From assembly GCA_001643675.2 (NCBI GenBank), contig LSRY02000021.1, forward strand, positions 558,001 to 622,000: a stretch of 64,000 bases of DNA, written 5' to 3'. Numbering within the stretch: the stretch's first letter is position 1; each line of letters opens with the position of its first letter. This DNA is from Monocercomonoides exilis PA203. Its lineage: Eukaryota > Protista > Preaxostyla. A model generated the notes under the pieces. It did not search any database, was not told where the DNA came from, and was given only the letters and a program-made list of their open reading frames with translations. Both the position numbers and the translations under genes were made by a program. Shown piece after piece: positions 57,641-64,000 of the stretch.

Positions 57641-58393
57641 ATAACCTCTGTTTCACCTTTTTATAACAAGACTACAACAACCCTTTCTATGGTAGTTCTA
57701 CTTAATTTAAATATTTATTTGTGTTTAATATCATTTTGTCATTTCCTGTTTATCTTTCCAAAGTCTCATTCTTGTTATTCATTTCATTTAACAATACTTT
57801 TTATTGAACTTCAGATTTCTTCTTGTGCATTTTGTAATTATTTTGAAATTTCATTACAGTTTTATATTAACGTTATAATTTTTCCCCCTTTGCATTGCAA
57901 TGTTTTTTGTAATTCTTGTGCTCCTAAGGGCGCATTTTTCTCTCTCGAAAATTATTAAAATTTTTTAGAAGCATTTAAAAAACTTAAAACGCTCCAAACA
58001 GATTACACTTTTCTTCGCTTATTTTGTTACCTGTATGAAACTCAAAAGAGAAATTAATGAATATGTCATGAAGAATTCGAAAATTCCAAAAATCTTTAAT
58101 TGAAAATATGGAAGTTGTTGATTATTGAATTAGTTTCTTCGATAAAAATAATTCAATAAATGTAATTCTCTGAATGGCATAAGAATTTGCATAATTAACT
58201 GTAATGAAAATTTGGTTATAATTCATGGAATGAACATTTAAAAAATGATTAAATAAGACCCACAATAAATAAATTTGCAATTAACAAGTTGTTTTTTTGT
58301 AAGTATTAAGAACAATTACAGATATATAAAAACTGTATCAACTAGACGTTATAATTACTGTAAATCTAGTAATTTAAAAAACGGAAATTTCTG

Positions 58394-61300
58394 ATGGATC
58401 AGAATGATATTGAAACTGCAAGTAAACAAGCTTTCTGCCAACAATGTGGGCAAAAGTTTGGTGTTTTTAGATGGCAGTATCAATGTTCACAGTGCGGATT
58501 ATATTTTTGTTCAAAGTGTTCCAAAGAATCTATTATATTAAGAGGAACAACTACTCAAAAAGTTAGATTATGTCAAAACTGCACAAAATCATCAGAAATT
58601 TCTAAGAATCAACAAAATCTCCCTTTCATTGAGAAGAAAAACTATAGTGATTTGCCTGCATCACTTGTACCTTCGGAGAATGATTATTTAATTGATGCCA
58701 AACATCAATATTCAAAAATTTCAAGCAAATGCCAAAATAAAGAATCTACTGACCCTAATTTTGAAATCATTGGTAATCCACAAGAAAATGAATTTCTTTC
58801 CTTCTGTTGCACTTACAGACCATTTTCATTGTATGCATCAATAGCAAGCGAAGATATCAAAGATGAAACAAACAATGAACAAATAATCTCTTCTCATGCT
58901 TCCGCGGAAGAAAATAGTTGCTCTTCAAAATCCAACAAAACTCAGTTAGTTTCTGGACAAACTGAACTTCTCTTTGAAGAGATGAATGCGGATCCTTTGC
59001 AGCATCATCGAGATGATAAAAGTCATTCTTCAACTTTTTCACAAATGCCCCATTCTGATCGTGTGCCAAAGCACAAAGCATCAACTGAAACAAACACTTG
59101 TTTGCAGGCACAGTCTTTGCCATTGCCCAAACTTTTCTCATCAACCGTTGAATCAAGGAACGAGATATCTTTTGAAAATGACAATAAACTTTTATTTTCA
59201 TCGAGCACACGGCACGTCAAAACATCTCGGTCACATCATCACCTAAACTTTAGTGCGGATACAGAGCACGGCTTTCTACCATCTCTTCAACCTGAAAAGT
59301 TGAAAAGCACACTTAAAGCGTTGCATGCAGCTAAAATTTCCGAAGAAGTTGCAGCGAAAGAGGACGAGCTGGAAAGGAAGTTCGCTTTCTCCTTTCTTCT
59401 TCATTCAATAGATGCAGTATTCGGAAATTATGGTGGAGCCTGGTCAAACACCAACACAGAGGATAGTAGAACCGCAAATATCAAGGAAAAATCTGTTGAT
59501 TTGTTGAACAAAACAACAAATACCACATATTTCAATACTGAAATTGAAGAGAGAAATCAATCAAAATGTAACTTAAGCTCATCACGTTTTCAAACAGCTT
59601 CTCTTCCTTCATTAAACTCTCAAGAAGTTTTGCACAAAAATTCTTCAGTAGATTCATTTCGATACGCTCCATTTCTTCTGCAACGTGTTGTTTCACATGT
59701 GAATTCACAACAATCATCAATTGGCGCAATGAACAATCATATGTCCACATTTAAATCTTCACAGGCAGACAAATTTCTGGAAGAAGAAAAACTACGTTGC
59801 TTGTCATATGCTCTTCCGCGCTGGTGGGTCTCATTTCTTCATCGAGCTGCTGCTGTTGACTCGATCAATCCACATTTGTTCCGCAGACGGCTGTTTGAGA
59901 TGATAGCTGAGGACAACTTTGCGACATTGGCAAAGTCTGTGCTCCCTTTTGCTGGGCTCCCTTCTTTTTGGGCTCCTTTGATGGCTCAGGCACTCGGAGA
60001 AGCACTTTCTGCGGAAAAGGGACAACGAGGAGTCGAATTAATTGAAACAAAGAAAAATTCACATGAAAAATTGAGTGATGAGGTAAAGAGCTCAAATAAC
60101 ACTCAAAAGCAAGGAACAAGCAATTGCAAATCAATCACTTTTAAAGCACAAGAAAACCAGTCAACAGGACAAAATCAACAATCATCATCATCCAGTCACC
60201 TTTCTGCGCTTCCATTCTACGATTTGACGAATGCAACATCTGTTCCATACACTTCCCCTCTGTTCAGCCACCACGCATCTCAACACAAGCAGCAAAGGCG
60301 GCGGGTGCTTATCCGATCGTTGCCTGGCGGAGTTGTTCCGTTTAAGGACTCATTTTTGTTTGATGGCGTTCTGTTTCGAGGATCTGTGGCTCACGACGGA
60401 ATGAAACGAAATGGGGCAGATGCTCGAGTGCTGTTTATTTCGTTTCCACTAATTCCAGAGGAGGTTGAAACAAACTCTTCAAAAATGATTGGAAATGCAA
60501 ACGACGCTCAATTTCCATCTAGTCAAATTCCTTTGGCACATTCAACACCTACAATGAATTTGAAGCCTGGACAAGACATTCATCTGCCATCATCTTTACC
60601 TCATTCCTTATCATCAGCTGCGCCTTATCCTGCAAACAAAGCAAACCAACATACACTTTATGCCCCAGGAACTCAATCAACTCAATTGAACTCGTTTGTA
60701 GATTTAGAAAATTATATTAAACACGAATCATCATATAATGTGAGCCTCCTCACAAAGGTTATGAGACTGAATCCATCATTGATTTTATCCTCTTCTGTGA
60801 TCTCTCATTCACTCTTACGGGCTTTTGTTTCACGTGGCGTTGCGGCTGTGGTATCAGTTCCATCAAAGCGCCTCCAATTAGCAGCACATTCATTGCAAGC
60901 TTCAGTCGCTGGCTCTTTGAGAGAAATGAACGAACAGGCAATAGGCATATGTGACGAATGGGCTTGCATTTCAGTTGAGAAAGAGAAAGAAGAGGAGGCA
61001 GATATGAATAATGAACTGAAAAAGGCAGAAGATGAAGAAAAGGAACAATGGAGCGTTGGAAGCAAAGAATCAGAACAGAAACAAAACGAAAAAATTGGAA
61101 ACGAAGAAGAGGAGGAAAGTGACGAAGAGGATGGTGATGAATGCTTTACAACAGACGAGATGATAAAAGGGAGAAAAGGTCTTGATGAAAAGACAAAAAT
61201 AGGAAAGGAACGAGATAAAGAGAGAGATAAAGAAAAAGAACGAGAGAAAGAAAAAGAAAAAATGAGGAGCAAAGAGTTACACGACAAACAGGAAGGGAAC

Positions 61301-64000
61301 GAATTGGAGGCGATGGCTCCACAGAAACAACTCGACCTCGACGATGATGAATCCGAAAGCAATGCATCTGAACAAAACATTTTACCTTCATATAACATCA
61401 TTCACCCACTACCTGTACTCGCATTAACAGCAACTTCAACCGAACTTCCGTTGATGAATTCATCAATTTTTCAAGCACCTTCCGAGAAATGTTTATTGAA
61501 TGAAAATGCTGGACACCTCCAAACATATGCTGATAATTCTCATTATGTGAGTCTGCCATCAAGTACTACAGAAACAAATGAAATAGAAAACAAAAACACT
61601 TTCCAAACAACTCAGGATCCAATCTCAGAAAGTTCAAACAAATGTTGCAATCCTATCAATATTTTAACCGAAAAAACTAATTCTACCACAACTTGTTTGT
61701 CAAATCAACAATTCCAAGCAAACCACTATCATTTATCATCACCCACTTCTTTAGATTCATCTGCATTATCAACTGAACAATGCCAACCATTGAAAGAAAG
61801 ATCCATTTATTCACCAAAAGGAAGCTCGCATACAGGAGAATCTCAGATGCCTGAGGCATCATCACCATTTCCAATCAATCAAACAGACAATAAATCAGCT
61901 CCGATCCAAACAATGCTTGACAAAAATGGAGAAGAAAACAATAAAAAATTGTCTACTGCTGAGTCAGAACCAAAATGCCTTTCTTACAGTAAACAGCCAT
62001 ATTCGTATATTTTCCTTCGCACTCGTTCATTCCCAGTCACAACAACAATCGTTTTTCGTGGAGCACCTCAGCGTGTGCTGAGAGTGGCAGTGAAAATAGC
62101 TCGTTTCTTACTTTCATGCTTACGCACCATGCTTGCAGACATAAACTATTGGATGATGTCGTTTCTTCATCCGTCATCTCTCTTCACTGAACAGTCTCAA
62201 CTTGATCGGCTTCGTCTGTCAGGAGTTCCTGTTTTGAATCTGGTTGGAAATAAACAAGGAGACAACACTAATGCAGCATCTTGTGATAGTCACAATAAAG
62301 GAACTTTTAATTATTTTGATAACAGCTCAAAAATCTTTTCATCATTAAATCCTCAATTCCCCCATATTTCAACAGAAAAATTTCCATATTCTTTTCCATT
62401 AATTTCTTCCAACAATAATTCAACAGAGCGTCCTTTGTTTGTCTCCATTCAGAACACAGCTTCAGATCGTGTTGATGCCTTTTATCGTCTTTATCAGTTT
62501 GTTGTTTTGCTCCAATCTCTCGAACAAGCTCTTCCGGAAACTGAAACATCATCCGATTCCAAAAAGACCATGAGACAATTTTTGGAAGAAAACCAGATAA
62601 ACATCTGCCGCACTTTCTCTCAGAGATATTCGTTGAAACAGACAGATGATACCCTTCATCCTCAATCTTGTTCTTCACAAGGTGAGCAGATTGCTGAACA
62701 CGATAATGAGAACAAGACAACGTCTTCTTCTTATGCTTCTTCAGATTTTAAATCTTCGCTATCTTTTTTAAATTCAACTTCATTTTTCCCTTTCAATAAA
62801 TACTTTCCAAATTCTTCATCTTCTAAAACTCCATTTGATCTCGATTTCTTTGCATCTGATAGCTTTGATTTTACTCTCAACACTTTATCGCCAGCTCAGC
62901 AGTTTAATGTGGCTGTTCTAATATTTCATTTGAGATTAATGCTGAGGGCAGATCCAAATACTAGTTTATTTGGGGAAAATGTTTCTTATCAAAATGTAGA
63001 AAGGAGGAGTGTTTTGGAAACCTGTTCAGAAAATTCTTCATCCACAACACAACAAAAGGCAGATTGTGGGTCGGTTGATAAAAAAAGAAACAAGATTTCT
63101 TATTTTGCTCCTTTTCCTCTTCCCCGCTGGATGGAAAATGTGCATGTTTCATTCTCCTCAATATTGTCAGGAACAAGTAAACCTCATCTCCCAAGAAACA
63201 CACGAACTGTTTCTGAAATCGAAACGGATCGAAAATTGCTCCTCAGTCTTTTTAAAAAGGAAGCAAATGCTGGGAAAGAATGCTCGAATTGTAATCAAAT
63301 TGAGAATAAGGTGTTCAACACATATGCTTTATTTGACCCACGTTTTATTGGAATAAATAAAGAATCGGCTTCCATCAAGAGTGAAGAAGCACATGAAAGT
63401 GTACCTATTCAAAATAAAGAGAAGAGCTCTGAAAACCATAATAGGACTTCGGATTCTGACTCTTCAGTTTATCAGCATCCAAGAAAAAGAGCAGAAATGA
63501 TCATGGACCAGTTTCGACCGTTGGTTATTCAAAGGATGGTGGAAACATGGAATCATTCACAACAGTTGCAATCATTTGCGCTTGAATTGGTAAACGAATC
63601 ATCTTTTGAAGGATCTTCTCCACATCTCAATGCATCATTCTTGCATCCTTCCCCTGCTTCTTCATTTACACCCGGTCATGATACAGTATTTCCTTCTTCA
63701 TTTTCTTCTTTATTCGCTGTTTTATCGCTTTTATCCCCTAAAAATCAATCAAAACTTCTGAAAGCTTCACTTTCTCAAATCAGTAAACATTTTCCTTTGT
63801 ATGTTTCGCTGACTCCGAAATTCACATTTCCTCTTCTTTTTTTCTCTGTTTCTTTTCCTTGTTGCTGCGGTCCAGCAAAATTATTGTCGCATTCTGACGA
63901 TGGCAATTCCTTTTCATCCACATGTGGCACCAACACTCTTTTGAACTCGGTTAATGTTGCATTAATATCTCCCACTCCTTTCCCAGTTCAGCTTCCGTTT
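58394..64000 (+). CDS. FAB1: FAB1/PIKfyve-like PI3P 5-kinase, 5' part (FYVE plus CCT/chaperonin-like domain), running off the window
   Basis: ATG 58394; CQQCGQKFGVFRWQYQCSQCGLYFCSKCS..VRLCQNC; VLIRSLPGG..DSFLFDGVLFRGSVAHDGM..RVLFI; LNPSLILSSSVIS; TTIVFRGA; no in-frame stop seen in the parts read; kinase domain not seen in the window. Confidence 0.8.
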   Translation, partial: MDQNDIETASKQAFCQQCGQKFGVFRWQYQCSQCGLYFCSKCSKESIILRGTTTQKVRLCQNCTKSSEISKNQQNLPFIEKKNYSDLPASLVPSENDYLIDAKHQYSKISSKCQNKESTDPNFEIIGNPQENEFLSFCCTYRPFSLYASIASEDIKDETNNEQIISSHASAEENSCSSKSNKTQLVSGQTELLFEEMNADPLQHHRDDKSHSSTFSQMPHSDRVPKHKASTETNTCLQAQSLPLPKLFSSTVESRNEISFENDNKLLFSSSTRHVKTSRSHHHLNFSADTEHGFLPSLQPEKLKSTLKALHAAKISEEVAAKEDELERKFAFSFLLHSIDAVFGNYGGAWSNTNTEDSRTANIKEKSVDLLNKTTNTTYFNTEIEERNQSKCNLSSSRFQTASLPSLNSQEVLHKNSSVDSFRYAPFLLQRVVSHVNSQQSSIGAMNNHMSTFKSSQADKFLEEEKLRCLSYALPRWWVSFLHRAAAVDSINPHLFRRRLFEMIAEDNFATLAKSVLPFAGLPSFWAPLMAQALGEALSAEKGQRGVELIETKKNSHEKLSDEVKSSNNTQKQGTSNCKSITFKAQENQSTGQNQQSSSSSHLSALPFYDLTNATSVPYTSPLFSHHASQHKQQRRRVLIRSLPGGVVPFKDSFLFDGVLFRGSVAHDGMKRNGADARVLFISFPLIPEEVETNSSKMIGNANDAQFPSSQIPLAHSTPTMNLKPGQDIHLPSSLPHSLSSAAPYPANKANQHTLYAPGTQSTQLNSFVDLENYIKHESSYNVSLLTKVMRLNPSLILSSSVISHSLLRAFVSRGVAAVVSVPSKRLQLAAHSLQASVAGSLREMNEQAIGICDEWACISVEKEKEEEADMNNELKKAEDEEKEQWSVGSKESEQKQNEKIGNEEEEESDEEDGDECFTTDEMIKGRKGLDEKTKIGKERDKERDKEKEREKEKEKMRSKELHDKQEGNELEAMAPQKQLDLDDDESESNASEQNILPSYNIIHPLPVLALTATSTELPLMNSSIFQAPSEKCLLNENAGHLQTYADNSHYVSLPSSTTETNEIENKNTFQTTQDPISESSNKCCNPINILTEKTNSTTTCLSNQQFQANHYHLSSPTSLDSSALSTEQCQPLKERSIYSPKGSSHTGESQMPEASSPFPINQTDNKSAPIQTMLDKNGEENNKKLSTAESEPKCLSYSKQPYSYIFLRTRSFPVTTTIVFRGAPQRVLRVAVKIARFLLSCLRTMLADINYWMMSFLHPSSLFTEQSQLDRLRLSGVPVLNLVGNKQGDNTNAASCDSHNKGTFNYFDNSSKIFSSLNPQFPHISTEKFPYSFPLISSNNNSTERPLFVSIQNTASDRVDAFYRLYQFVVLLQSLEQALPETETSSDSKKTMRQFLEENQINICRTFSQRYSLKQTDDTLHPQSCSSQGEQIAEHDNENKTTSSSYASSDFKSSLSFLNSTSFFPFNKYFPNSSSSKTPFDLDFFASDSFDFTLNTLSPAQQFNVAVLIFHLRLMLRADPNTSLFGENVSYQNVERRSVLETCSENSSSTTQQKADCGSVDKKRNKISYFAPFPLPRWMENVHVSFSSILSGTSKPHLPRNTRTVSEIETDRKLLLSLFKKEANAGKECSNCNQIENKVFNTYALFDPRFIGINKESASIKSEEAHESVPIQNKEKSSENHNRTSDSDSSVYQHPRKRAEMIMDQFRPLVIQRMVETWNHSQQLQSFALELVNESSFEGSSPHLNASFLHPSPASSFTPGHDTVFPSSFSSLFAVLSLLSPKNQSKLLKASLSQISKHFPLYVSLTPKFTFPLLFFSVSFPCCCGPAKLLSHSDDGNSFSSTCGTNTLLNSVNVALISPTPFPVQLPF

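Noticed and set aside
58857-63975. Short ORFs listed in the track
   Set aside because: Shadows of the long plus-strand FAB1-like frame starting at 58394

Overview
AT-rich, intron-containing eukaryotic DNA in the standard code (genes end in TAA/TAG). Short GT-AG introns, TCT-encoded poly-Ser tracts and characteristic expanded gene families suggest an oxymonad/metamonad such as Monocercomonoides (inference). Positions 1-7.2 kb are accessory: a Pmp-like beta-helix ORF, an intact DD34E IS630-Tc1-mariner transposase, a minisatellite and a run of foldback/MITE elements, one of which looks like a MITE inserted into its own copy. The gene-dense core (8-50 kb) has an EVH1+coiled-coil Ena/VASP-like gene, RPS27, a YAK1/DYRK kinase with a ~1100-aa Ser tail, RTCB, a PSI-domain membrane protein, SNF7, two paralogues of a lineage-specific helical family, SECIS-binding protein 2 head-to-head (45 bp between ATGs) with an intron-bearing MalY/PatB-type C-S lyase, a ~4560-aa CKK (CAMSAP-like) protein and YOS1. 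A second accessory block (50-56 kb) holds a surface-receptor pseudogene, a decayed PIF/Harbinger transposase and a palindromic MITE. It is followed by a multipass membrane gene and a FAB1/PIKfyve gene that the ORF track missed because it runs off the window. Gene models were spliced by eye and family calls are by motif recognition; no searches were run.
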